Origin: Chloroflexota bacterium
GTDB taxonomy: Bacteria > Chloroflexota > UBA6077 > CF-72
Direction of reading: 5' to 3'
DNA length: 64,000 nucleotides
NCBI GenBank assembly: GCA_016191465.1
Contig: JACPOP010000015.1
Span: 210,261-274,260, forward strand
Shown here: positions 1-9,084 of the stretch, one piece after another
How positions within the stretch are numbered: position 1 is the stretch's first letter
Layout of the letters: each line of letters begins with the position of its first letter
Made by a program: the position numbers and the translations under genes
The notes under the pieces: generated by a model
What the model was told of the DNA's origin: nothing
Databases searched by the model: none
The model's input: the letters and a program-made list of their open reading frames with translations, nothing else

Positions 1-899
1 GGGCTGCGGACCAGCCGGTGCTCGCGGCCGACGGACGTGCGCTGCGAACCGTTGTCGTGCAGCCCGCCCGGGTCGTGCCGCTGCCAGCGCGGGACCAGGC
101 TCCGTCGTGTACGCGCCACGGCAGCGGCCTCGCCGGGCTGCTGGAGGAGTCCGGACTGCGACGCTTCGCGGGCCACGCCGCTCGGTATGAGGCCGACATC
201 GCGGCGGTGGGCGCGGAACAGGCGCTGTGGCGTGGCCTGCTGGAATCGATGGGCTACGCGGAGAACCGCACGCCGTTCGGGCGTCTTGCGGACCTCGTGC
301 CGTGGTGTGAGGTGAGCCGCTTGGCTCGCGGCGGCGCGGAGGCTGTGGAGGGCTTGCTCAGCGAAGCCTCTGGCCTCGGGAGCACGCGGAGCGCGGTCGC
401 CCAGGAGCGGGCCGCCTGGACCCTCTGCGCGGTCCGCCCTGCGAACCACCCTTTGCGGCGCATCGAGGGCCTGGCGCGGCTGTCCGTTCGCTGGGCAGGC
501 TCCCGCGACCGGTTCACGGCGATGGCGGAGCAGCGCGTGCTGGAGGCGGCTCGCGCGGCTCGCCCCGTCATCGATGGGTGGGCCGTGGCCAGCCCCTGGA
601 TTGGAGGCGGCCGGGCTCGAGTCGTGGGCATTAACGTCCTGCTGCCCTGGGCGGCTGCCCGCGGTCTGAGGGAAGCGGAGGCGATCTACCGACGAGCGCC
701 GGCCGAACCCGCCAGCCGACCCGTTCAGCATATGGCCATGGTGCTCGGGCTGAGCGTGCGCCAGGTTGGGACGGCCTGTTTGCGCCAGGGCCTGTTGCAG
801 GTCTACCGAGAAGCCTGCGAGCGCCGCTGGTGCGAAGGGTGCGCACTGGGCGGGTGTGGCGCGCCCGTGGCGCGAAGCACGTCGCGCTTCATCGGGTGA
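1..899 (+). CDS. DUF2851-like protein, C-terminal ~295 aa (5' end outside window)
   Basis: The frame of ORF 18..899 stays open back to base 3. The tail ...GINVLLPWAAARG...QGLLQVYREACERRWCEGCALG matches my recollection of DUF2851 C-termini (terminal CxxC). No search run. Confidence 0.4.
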   Translation, partial: AADQPVLAADGRALRTVVVQPARVVPLPARDQAPSCTRHGSGLAGLLEESGLRRFAGHAARYEADIAAVGAEQALWRGLLESMGYAENRTPFGRLADLVPWCEVSRLARGGAEAVEGLLSEASGLGSTRSAVAQERAAWTLCAVRPANHPLRRIEGLARLSVRWAGSRDRFTAMAEQRVLEAARAARPVIDGWAVASPWIGGGRARVVGINVLLPWAAARGLREAEAIYRRAPAEPASRPVQHMAMVLGLSVRQVGTACLRQGLLQVYREACERRWCEGCALGGCGAPVARSTSRFIG

Positions 900-974
900 A
901 ATGCTCAGCCCGTGCCCGCTGCTCCGTCGAACCATGCCAGGTGTGTACGTGCGGCGCGCACGTGCGGCTGTGCG

Positions 975-1259
975 TTAGACGAAGTGCACCCGCTCGCCCT
1001 GATCGGTGGGAGTCAGCCCGCCGCCACACCGTCCGCAGACGATTCGCTTGCCAAGAATCTGGGCGCTTCCAGGCGATCGCGGCCGCAGGACGGACCCGCC
1101 TTCGAGCGTCCCTGCCCATTCACCGCACAGCATGCAGGAAAGCTCTACCCACTTGACCCGCCTGACGCGGGCGCCACGTTCACTGAGGTTGACCGACACG
1201 ACCGATGAGGCTACCGGGTAAGGAGCGCGCCGTAAATCGGATTTCTCCCCACGCGGCAC
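975..1259 (-). CDS. Small zinc-ribbon protein (two CxxC knuckles), paralog of 1447..1899
   Basis: CMLCGEWAGTLE ... RIVCGRCGGG. The first knuckle is nearly identical in pattern to CYLCGSYVGSIE of the divergent neighbour. GTG start, no clear SD. Confidence 0.4.
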   Translation of the reverse strand: MPRGEKSDLRRAPYPVASSVVSVNLSERGARVRRVKWVELSCMLCGEWAGTLEGGSVLRPRSPGSAQILGKRIVCGRCGGGLTPTDQGERVHFV

Positions 1260-1446
1260 GGCCGTTGGTACGGACTGGTCCGCGGCCCCGCGCGTTCCGG
1301 GGGCGTCGAACGCCCCCGGCGGGAATACCGCGCCCGCTCATGCGTTCTCCTATGTGCGACCCGGCGCGACGGTGCTGGGACAGACAGGTTCCTTTCCTCC
1401 TCCCTTGTGGCCCCGGGGGCCTATCCCTCGGCGAGAGGCGCAGGCC

Positions 1447-1899
1447 ATGACTATGACTATGACCCCCTCCATGCCGAACGCGAGCGGTGCGTCAACGCGG
1501 AGCACGCTCGTGGACGCGGCACCTATTGACGCCAATACGACGAAGCCAGTCGTTCGCCACTTCCTGGAGGCGGACGTGAAGTGCTACCTGTGCGGATCGT
1601 ACGTTGGCAGCATCGAAAGTGAACAGCGCTCCGCTGCCCGCTCGGTGCAGTTCCGACGGCTGGGCGACGACCGCTCCCTGCCGATCCTGAGCTGGCGCCG
1701 ATTGCGGTGCGAGCGCTGTAACGGGCCCGTGTACCTGGACGAGACGCGGGTTATTACGCGCCGCTATGAGAACCTCGATTGGGCCGAGGAGCGGCCGCGT
1801 CGGGGGCGCCCGCCCAAGCACGTCGTGGAAGAGCGGCGCCGGCGGCTGGCCGAGGCCGCGGCGCTCGAAACTGAAACGTCAGCGCCCCGGGCGGCCTGA
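1447..1899 (+). CDS. Zinc-ribbon protein with AT-hook-like RRGRPPK and Arg/Glu-rich tail
   Basis: CYLCG...RCERCNG zinc ribbon, then PRRGRPPKH (GRP core). GAGAGG lies 8 nt upstream of ATG 1447. Three in-frame ATGs (ATGACT)x3 at 1447-1464. The longer ORF from 1354 is possible. Confidence 0.5.
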   Translation: MTMTMTPSMPNASGASTRSTLVDAAPIDANTTKPVVRHFLEADVKCYLCGSYVGSIESEQRSAARSVQFRRLGDDRSLPILSWRRLRCERCNGPVYLDETRVITRRYENLDWAEERPRRGRPPKHVVEERRRRLAEAAALETETSAPRAA

Positions 1900-1989
1900 G
1901 CCGGAGGAAAGCTGGCATGCACGCGCTGCCACAGCACGGACGGTGCTGCGGCTGAGCGGATGCCGCGTGCGTGCGGTGCGCCGTTGGGC

Positions 1990-2979
1990 TCAGGTGGCGC
2001 CCGCCGACCGCGCCGATCGGCTGAGCAAGGACTCTCGCGCGAACGCGCTCAGGAAGAACGCGACATTGGCCGGGCGCTCCGCCAGGCGTCGGGCCAGGTA
2101 CGGGTACCACTGTCTGCCGTAGGGCACGTAGACCCGCACGCGGTACCCCTGTCGCGCGAGCCGAAGCTGCAGGTCGCGGCGGATGCCGAACAGCATCTGG
2201 AGCTCGAAGCGGTCAGGACTGATCCGCTCGCGGCGCGCAATGTCCTGGATGTGATGGATTAACCGCTCGTCGTGCGTCGCGAAGGCGGGGTAGCGCCCGT
2301 GCAGCAGGAGCTGCTCCGCAAGCTCCGCGTACGCGCGGTCCACCGACGATTTGGCGGGGTGGGCCACGGGTGCTGGCTCGAGGTAGGCCCCTTTGCACAG
2401 GCGGACACGCACGCCGCGCTCGAGAGCGCTCGCGGTGTCCTGGCCGGTGCGGTACAGGGCGGCCTGGAGCACCACGCCGACGTTGCGCGCCCCCGCATCC
2501 CAGAGCGCCGCGTGCAGCGAGAGCGTGCGGTCCGTGTAGGCCGAAGACTCCATGTCGATGCGCACGAAGATCTCGTCGTCCGGCAGCTTCAGCCGCCGCC
2601 CGTGCAGTCGAGCCCGCTCCAGCACGCGCGAGAGGTTGAAATGGGCCAGCGCCGGGTCCACGTCGAGGCCAAGTTGGGTGAGCTTCAGCGAAATATTCGC
2701 GTCTGCGGGCGCCGCGGCGATCTCGTCCAGCAGGTGCAGGTAGTCGTCCGCCGCCGCGGCTGCTTCCGTGGCGGACGTCACGCTCTCGCCGAGGTGGTCC
2801 AGGGTGACCCGCAGGCCCTGGCTGTTGAGCGTCTGGGCTACCGCGATCGCATCTTCCACGGACTCGCCGGCCACGTAGCGCCAGGCCATGTTCCGCAGCA
2901 GGTCGTGGCGCATGACGAAGCGGTACACGTCGCGTCGATGCGAGAGGCCCAGAAAGGCCGCCTTCAGGACCTGGCTCAC
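1990..2979 (-). CDS. Proline dehydrogenase (monofunctional PutA-type)
   Basis: RYVAGESVEDAI, LDHLGES, ISLKLTQLGLD, VRIDMESS, LCKGAY, FATHD, YVPYGRQWYPYLARRLAERPAN closely follow the Thermus-type ProDH pattern. GTG start at 2979 overlaps the upstream TGA (GTGA). Confidence 0.85.
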   Translation of the reverse strand: MSQVLKAAFLGLSHRRDVYRFVMRHDLLRNMAWRYVAGESVEDAIAVAQTLNSQGLRVTLDHLGESVTSATEAAAAADDYLHLLDEIAAAPADANISLKLTQLGLDVDPALAHFNLSRVLERARLHGRRLKLPDDEIFVRIDMESSAYTDRTLSLHAALWDAGARNVGVVLQAALYRTGQDTASALERGVRVRLCKGAYLEPAPVAHPAKSSVDRAYAELAEQLLLHGRYPAFATHDERLIHHIQDIARRERISPDRFELQMLFGIRRDLQLRLARQGYRVRVYVPYGRQWYPYLARRLAERPANVAFFLSAFARESLLSRSARSAGAT

Positions 2980-5909
2980 GGCAGCACCCTTGCCAGGCCG
3001 CCCCGAGGCGCCGCCCCCCGAGCCGGACGCCGATCTCGAGCCAGCCACAACGCGCCCGTGAACGCGGCAGCCAGGGCGGCCACTCCAGCGCCCAGCCAGG
3101 GGGTGGTGGGCTCGAAGCGCACATCCACCTGGTAGGTGCCCGGGGGTAGCACGAGGGCACGGTACAGCAGGTTAGCGCGCAGCAGCGGGGTTTCCACTCC
3201 GTCGATCCGGGCTTTCCAGCCAGGGTAGTAGGTATCCGACAGCACGAGGTACCCGCCGGCGCCGCTGACTCTGGCCTGGAAGCCCGAGGGGCCATCGGCG
3301 ATGACCTGCACCGAGCTGGGCGCCTGGGCGATGGAGGCGGGGAGAGGGAGCGCGGTGGGTGCGCTGTCGGAGGCGAGGATGACGGTCTGGAGCGGATCGA
3401 AGGTGCGGCGGGTCATCACGTCTAGCGAGCCGCCGGTCGGTGCGACCTGCGCCCGCGGCACGACGAAGGCCCGCGGCAGGGCCTCCTCGTTGCGGAGCAG
3501 CACGGTAGAGCGATCGCTACTTGGCACGACGGTGTATTGAGACCGGCTCGCGGCCCCGAAGAGTTGCTGGATGGTGGCACCGGTCGGGTCAACCAGCGCC
3601 CCGCCGTACACGCGAAGCTCGCCGCGCTCCAGGCGCGGCCGAATCCGCAGCTCGCTTCCATCCGCTACCGCGGGGTCGAAAGCAATCCGGGTGAATGAGA
3701 GGAGCCGCGTTTCCCGCCCAGCCCCTTCGAAGTCGAGCCCGGCCACCTCGACCCGTGCGTGCTGCACCCTGGTTCTGACGGTGGGGTTGTCGTACGCCCA
3801 CTCCATGACGTCGGTGCCGGCGCGGATCGGCACACTCGCGGCCACCATGCCGTCCGATCGGACGATCTCGACGTCCGCGACCACGCTGTCCTGCGGAATC
3901 TCAACCGAGCCCACCAGGGCCAGCACCAGCCGGACCTCGCTGACGCGGGCGGCGGGTGGGATGCGAAAGCCATCCGACGTCGGCACGACCGCCGGGAGCA
4001 GGGTGAGGATGGGGTTGGGGGGGAAGTACTGCACCCCCTCGTACCACGCCAACTGGCCGAACTGGCGCGGCTCCAGGCGGTACCGTACGTTCCAGGCATT
4101 CAGGAGCGCGCCACCCACCGCGCGGGCACGCGCGAGATAGTCGCGGTGCCAGCGGAATTCCAGTGAGGAGTACCCGTCGGCGTCGTCCACCCCGGGCGCC
4201 TGCACGAGCAGCCGATCGGGGGCTGCCTGGCCCACCGCCGGCGACCGCAGGACGCGAGCCGGGCCAAAGCTCGGCAGGTTGCGGCGCACGTCCTGGGCCA
4301 GGGCCGTGACCGCCGGCGATGGCGCCAGGATCTGGTCCAGAACGGCCCTGGGGTGGATCTGCCACCCGAACAGGAGCAGGTCCAGCGCGGTGATGCCAAC
4401 GGCCGCGATGCCGAGAGCGGTCGCGGGGCGACCTCGTCCGGCGGAGAGTCGCAGCAGCCCGAGACTTCCGAGCACCAGCAGCACGAGCGGGCTCCAGCGA
4501 CGCCAGTCGGCGAGCGTGAAGCTGGTGGCGTCGGACAGTCCGGCCAGCACGTTGGTGGCGGTAATGGGGTACGTGTCACGCGGGAGCGAGAGGTACCAGG
4601 CGTCGGCAGCCGCGCGCACCGCCATGGGGTTCACGATCACCAGGGCCCGAACGGCCTCCAGGAAAGAGAGCACGCCCACGGCGGCGGCCAGCGTCACCCA
4701 CCCCGCCCGACGCACCGCCGCGCGTCCGCGGGCGGTTCGGGCACAGGCGCGGGCCGCATCCAGCCCGGCGGCGGCAAGCATCGCCAGGGCCAGGACCACC
4801 AGGAGCACGAAGCGGCCCGGCGCACGGAGCGACCCCATGCCCGGAAGCTGCGTCAGCAAGAAGTGCAGATTCACCGGGGTGTACTGGCCCATCGCCAGCA
4901 GCAGGCCAATCAGCGCGAAGGCACTCCAGAGCTGGACGTCGCCGCGCCGCTGGCGCCAGCGTGTGCAGAGCGCGAACACCGCCAGCACGAGGGGTAGAAC
5001 CCCCACGTACAGATAGGCTTCCCAGTGCGTCCAGAGTCCCCATTCCTGGTTTGCGGCGTCGCGGTAAAAGAAGGGGAAGAGGAGCTGCACGAGGCTGTAG
5101 GGGGTGAGCGAGTAGGCTGCCGAATCGGCGTAGCGCAGGCCCTCGCCGCGGGGCGAGAACTGGGCGAGCTCCAGGAGTGGCAGCACCTGAAACGCGGCCA
5201 GCGAGACGCCCACCAGCGCTGGTCCGAGGGTGAGCGCGGCACCGACGGCCACGCCGCCGCGGGTGCGCAGGGCGCGGCCGCCCGTCGCCACGAAGAGCCA
5301 GCGAAGCGCCACGTACAACCCCAGCGCCAGCAAATCCATCGCCAGGATCTGGATGTGGAGCCCAACCGACGCCGCTGCTACTCCGAGAATCGCGCCGACG
5401 GTCCAGCGTCGTCGGGATCGCCCGGTGGCGCGGACCGCCCGCTCTGTACAGGCCAGGACAAGCGGCAGCCAGGCCGCGCTGCGGATGATGTTCTCGTGGT
5501 GCAGCTGAGCGGAGAAGAAGCTTCCGAACGCGACGGTGCTCCCCGCCAGGAGGGCGGCCACCCCCGATCGTCCCCAGGCCCGGGCCAGGGCGTAGCCGCC
5601 GAGCCCGGCGAGCGCCAGGTGGAGACCGCGCAGCAGCACCACCGCCTGGTTCGCCGGTAGCGCCAGGAGCGACGCCAGCACCAGCGGGTTTGAGAGCCCG
5701 AGCTCGCCGTCGGCGAAGAGCGGGTACCCGCCAAAGATGCCGGGCACCCAGGCCGGGAACACGCCGGCGCGCAACTGCTCCCAGATCCAGCGCGTGAGCG
5801 GGTAATAGAAATCGAGCGTGTCGCGCTCGTAGGCCAACTGCCCGAGGAGCCAGCCGTCGGCGGTTGCCAGGACCGCCAGGCCGACCAGGAAGCACGGCTC
5901 CCACGGCAC
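2976..5909 (-). CDS. YfhO-family polytopic membrane protein (cell-envelope glycosylation family)
   Basis: Many TM segments, and a C-terminal ...LSDTYYPGWKARIDGVETPLLRANLLYRALVLPPGTYQVDVRFEP typical of YfhO. The ORF track extends to 6824, but that part overlaps two better genes. First plausible start is GTG 5909. Confidence 0.7.
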   Translation of the reverse strand: MPWEPCFLVGLAVLATADGWLLGQLAYERDTLDFYYPLTRWIWEQLRAGVFPAWVPGIFGGYPLFADGELGLSNPLVLASLLALPANQAVVLLRGLHLALAGLGGYALARAWGRSGVAALLAGSTVAFGSFFSAQLHHENIIRSAAWLPLVLACTERAVRATGRSRRRWTVGAILGVAAASVGLHIQILAMDLLALGLYVALRWLFVATGGRALRTRGGVAVGAALTLGPALVGVSLAAFQVLPLLELAQFSPRGEGLRYADSAAYSLTPYSLVQLLFPFFYRDAANQEWGLWTHWEAYLYVGVLPLVLAVFALCTRWRQRRGDVQLWSAFALIGLLLAMGQYTPVNLHFLLTQLPGMGSLRAPGRFVLLVVLALAMLAAAGLDAARACARTARGRAAVRRAGWVTLAAAVGVLSFLEAVRALVIVNPMAVRAAADAWYLSLPRDTYPITATNVLAGLSDATSFTLADWRRWSPLVLLVLGSLGLLRLSAGRGRPATALGIAAVGITALDLLLFGWQIHPRAVLDQILAPSPAVTALAQDVRRNLPSFGPARVLRSPAVGQAAPDRLLVQAPGVDDADGYSSLEFRWHRDYLARARAVGGALLNAWNVRYRLEPRQFGQLAWYEGVQYFPPNPILTLLPAVVPTSDGFRIPPAARVSEVRLVLALVGSVEIPQDSVVADVEIVRSDGMVAASVPIRAGTDVMEWAYDNPTVRTRVQHARVEVAGLDFEGAGRETRLLSFTRIAFDPAVADGSELRIRPRLERGELRVYGGALVDPTGATIQQLFGAASRSQYTVVPSSDRSTVLLRNEEALPRAFVVPRAQVAPTGGSLDVMTRRTFDPLQTVILASDSAPTALPLPASIAQAPSSVQVIADGPSGFQARVSGAGGYLVLSDTYYPGWKARIDGVETPLLRANLLYRALVLPPGTYQVDVRFEPTTPWLGAGVAALAAAFTGALWLARDRRPARGAAPRGGLARVLP

Positions 5910-5960
5910 CCGCCGACTCCGACGCGGGTGGGGTGGCTCGCCGTGTAGGCTTCCGCGCCA

Positions 5961-6317
5961 ATGAGCATGCAGGATCTGCCGGAGCCGCGAGGCGCCACCA
6001 CGCCGGTGGAAATCGAGCTGGACCGGGAAGCCCACGCGCTGCGCTTCGTGTGGTCCGACGGACAGAAGGCGGCCTTCGATTGGGAGTTCCTCCGCTGGCG
6101 CTGCCCGTGTGCGTTCTGCAGCGGCGAGGGAGGCCGCCCCGGCGAGCTCGAGGGCCGCACCGAGCTCCGGCCGGAAGAGTACGTCCTGACGGACGTCAAC
6201 GTCGTCGGCCGTTACGCGATCGTCCTCACCTGGCAGGACGGTCACGATACGGGAATTTTCACGTTCCGCGGGATGCGTGCCCTGGCCGAGCAGGCTGGCC
6301 TCATCCGCGCCGACTGA
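5961..6317 (+). CDS. DUF971 protein (gamma-butyrobetaine hydroxylase-like N-terminal domain)
   Basis: LRFVWSDGQKAAFDWEFLRWRCPCAFC...GRYAIVLTWQDGHDTGIFTF is the DUF971 signature as I recall it. Confidence 0.7.
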   Translation: MSMQDLPEPRGATTPVEIELDREAHALRFVWSDGQKAAFDWEFLRWRCPCAFCSGEGGRPGELEGRTELRPEEYVLTDVNVVGRYAIVLTWQDGHDTGIFTFRGMRALAEQAGLIRAD

Positions 6318-6343
6318 ACCATGAGCCGCGGAGGTCGTCAGGC

Positions 6344-6673
6344 TCAGCCGGCGAGCAGGCGCCACAGCACTGCGACCGCGAGCGCGATGCCGAACAGCAG
6401 CCGCAGGTGGCGCAGCCCATCGCGAGCGTTGTGGTACCAGAGCACGTCGTCGTCGCTCAGCCCCTCCGCGGCCTGGAGCCGCGCCCCGAAGCTGGCGTAG
6501 CCCAGCGAAATGAGCCCCAGCCACGCGGCAAGGAACAGCACCGCCAGCGTGCGGCTCCACACCTCGCCAATGACCGCCGCGGCGATGGCGACCAGGGTGA
6601 ACAAAATCTCGTAGAAGAAAACCATGGGGCTGCGCTGAGGTCGTCCGAGTGCGCCGAACAGTATGCGGGGCAC
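6344..6673 (-). CDS. Small membrane protein (about 3 TM), unknown function
   Basis: Hydrophobic 109-aa ORF sitting in a gap between real genes. GTG start; alternative ATG at 6625. Confidence 0.4.
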   Translation of the reverse strand: MPRILFGALGRPQRSPMVFFYEILFTLVAIAAAVIGEVWSRTLAVLFLAAWLGLISLGYASFGARLQAAEGLSDDDVLWYHNARDGLRHLRLLFGIALAVAVLWRLLAG

Positions 6674-6822
6674 ATGGGTAACGGCCTCGAATGGTCCGCG
6701 CGTGACAATGGAGCCCGACGCGCGCGACCGTGTGGCGGCCGGCCCGGAGATTCCATCCGAATGGGTTGCAGCGCACTGGTAAACTCACAGACAGGTGGGC
6801 GGTGCGTTGCGCCGCCTCTGCC

Positions 6823-9063
6823 ATGAGTACAGCCGCCGTTCAGCAGCCCCGCAGCCACCAGACCTTGCTGGAGGAAGCAGGGCGCTATCTCCTTGCGCCC
6901 GACGTCGAGCGCATTGATCGGGCATACGCGTTTGCATGTGAGGCCCACCGTCCGCAGGTCCGAGAGTCTGGCGAGCCGTACATCAACCACCCGCTCGCGG
7001 TCGCCGAGACGCTGGCGCAGCTCCGACTGGACACCGACACGATTGTTGGCGCGCTCTTGCACGACGTCCTCGAGGACTGTGGAATCCCCAGCAGCGAGAT
7101 CGAGACGCGCTTCGGGCGCACCGTTGCCTTGCTCGTCGACGGCGTCACCAAGCTCGACAAGATGCAGTTCTTCCAGCTCGACGCGGGTGCTGGCACCGGC
7201 GATGGACTGGGCGCAACTCGCACCACCCAGGAGCTGTGGGCGGAGAACATGCGCAAGATGTTCCTGGCCATGGCCGAGGACATCCGGGTAGTCCTCATCA
7301 AGCTGGCCGATCGCCTGCACAACATGAAGACGCTCCAGTACCGGGCTCCTGCCAAGCGGCGGCGCGTGGCCCAGGAGACGCTGGAGATCTACGCGCCGCT
7401 GGCGAACCGGCTGGGAATCTGGGAGATCAAATGGCAGCTCGAGGACCTCTCATTCCGCCACCTCGAGCCGGAGCTGTACCACCAGATCGCGGATAAGCTG
7501 GCCAGCCGCCGCCTGGTGCGTGAAAAGTACATCCACCGGGTCATCGAGATGCTGCGCATGGAGCTCGAGGATCGCGGGATTCGCGCCGAGTTGTCCGGCC
7601 GGCCGAAGCACATTTACAGCATCTACCGCAAGATGCAGCGTCGCGGGGTGGACGTGGACCAGATCTACGACCAGCTGGCGGTGCGGATATTGGTGGCCGA
7701 CGTCCCCGCCTGCTACGCGGCCCTCGGTGTGGTCCACTCCATGTGGCGGCCGCTGCCTGGCCAGTTCGACGACTACATCGCCACGCCCAAAGAAAGCATG
7801 TACCAGTCGCTCCACACCACGGTGCTGGCGGTGGACGGTCGGCCGCTCGAGATCCAGATCCGCACCCAGGACATGCACAGCGTGGCCGAATACGGCGTCG
7901 CCGCGCACTGGCGGTACAAGGAAGGGACCCGCCACGACCAGAAGTTCGACGCCAAGGTGGCGTGGCTGCGCCAGCTCATGGACTGGCAGAAGGACGTGGC
8001 CGGCGGCGCCCAGGAGTTCGTGGACTCGCTCAAGACCGAGCTGTTCCAGGACCAGGTCTACGTCTTCACTCCCAAGGGCGAAATCAAGGAGCTGCCAACC
8101 GGCGCCACGCCCCTCGACTTTGCTTACCGCATCCATACCGACGTGGGACACAAATGCGTCGGGTCCAAGGTCAACGGACGTCTCGTGGCGCTGGACACGA
8201 AGCTCCGGAATGGCGACGTGGTGGAGATCATCACGGCCAAGGGTTCACGCGGGCCGAGCCGCGACTGGCTGAACTCCAACCTGGGCTACGTTCACACCGC
8301 CCACGCCCGCGAGAAAATCCGCCAGTGGTTCCGCAAGCAGCAGCGCGGGGAGAACGTGCAGCGGGGACGTGAGCTGGTGGAGAAGGCCTTGAAGCGCGTC
8401 AACGTGGACGGGGTGAAGCTCGACGAGCTGGGCGCCCACTTCAAGTTCGACAAGCTGGACGATTTCCTGGCGGCTGTCGGCTACGGCGACGTGAACCCGG
8501 ACGAAGTTGTGCGCTACGTGCTCGCACGGGTGGAGGACGGCCGCAAGAGTGACCAGCCGCCAGAGGCCCCCACCACGTTTGCACAGGCGAGCGCCCCCAC
8601 GGGCGGGCTCAGGGTCATGGGCGTGGGCGACCTGCTGACCCGCATCTGCCGGTCCTGCAACCCTGTGCCGGGAGACGACATCGTGGGATTCATCACCCGC
8701 GGCCGGGGAGTCACCGTGCACCGCATGGACTGCTCATCGGTCCTGAACGAGGACGAGCTGGAGCGGCTCGTGACCGTCGATTGGAGCGGAACGGAGCAGC
8801 AGGTATTCCCGGTGACGGTGCGCGTGGAAGCATGGGACCGGGAGGGGCTGGTGCGCGACGTCTCGGCGACGCTTGCGGACGAGAAGGTGAACATCGTTGC
8901 CCTGACCGCGGTGGTCCACAAGGATCAAACCGCGACCGTGTGGGCGACCGTCGAGGTGCCGAAGCTCGACCGCCTCAGCCGCATCATGTCACGCCTCGAG
9001 GCCATCCGCGACGTATTCAACGTGATCCGGGACATCGGCGGCCACCAGTCCGCCCGGGCCTGA
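6823..9063 (+). CDS. relA: Bifunctional (p)ppGpp synthetase/hydrolase RelA/SpoT
   Basis: HD hydrolase (HPLAVA...LHDVLED), synthetase (RPKHIYSIYRKM, DQLAVRILV, YQSLHT), TGS and ACT regions. ATG 6823 chosen over the ORF-track start 6730. Confidence 0.95.
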   Translation: MSTAAVQQPRSHQTLLEEAGRYLLAPDVERIDRAYAFACEAHRPQVRESGEPYINHPLAVAETLAQLRLDTDTIVGALLHDVLEDCGIPSSEIETRFGRTVALLVDGVTKLDKMQFFQLDAGAGTGDGLGATRTTQELWAENMRKMFLAMAEDIRVVLIKLADRLHNMKTLQYRAPAKRRRVAQETLEIYAPLANRLGIWEIKWQLEDLSFRHLEPELYHQIADKLASRRLVREKYIHRVIEMLRMELEDRGIRAELSGRPKHIYSIYRKMQRRGVDVDQIYDQLAVRILVADVPACYAALGVVHSMWRPLPGQFDDYIATPKESMYQSLHTTVLAVDGRPLEIQIRTQDMHSVAEYGVAAHWRYKEGTRHDQKFDAKVAWLRQLMDWQKDVAGGAQEFVDSLKTELFQDQVYVFTPKGEIKELPTGATPLDFAYRIHTDVGHKCVGSKVNGRLVALDTKLRNGDVVEIITAKGSRGPSRDWLNSNLGYVHTAHAREKIRQWFRKQQRGENVQRGRELVEKALKRVNVDGVKLDELGAHFKFDKLDDFLAAVGYGDVNPDEVVRYVLARVEDGRKSDQPPEAPTTFAQASAPTGGLRVMGVGDLLTRICRSCNPVPGDDIVGFITRGRGVTVHRMDCSSVLNEDELERLVTVDWSGTEQQVFPVTVRVEAWDREGLVRDVSATLADEKVNIVALTAVVHKDQTATVWATVEVPKLDRLSRIMSRLEAIRDVFNVIRDIGGHQSARA

Positions 9064-9084
9064 GGGCTGGAGCTCAGCTGGCAG

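Noticed and set aside
5910-6824. N-terminal 305 aa of the 1282-aa ORF 2976..6824 (-)
   Set aside because: This part has no TM or YfhO-like character and is Arg/Pro/Ala-rich. It is antisense to a well-supported DUF971 gene and overlaps the small membrane ORF and the rel upstream region. The gene was trimmed to GTG 5909.
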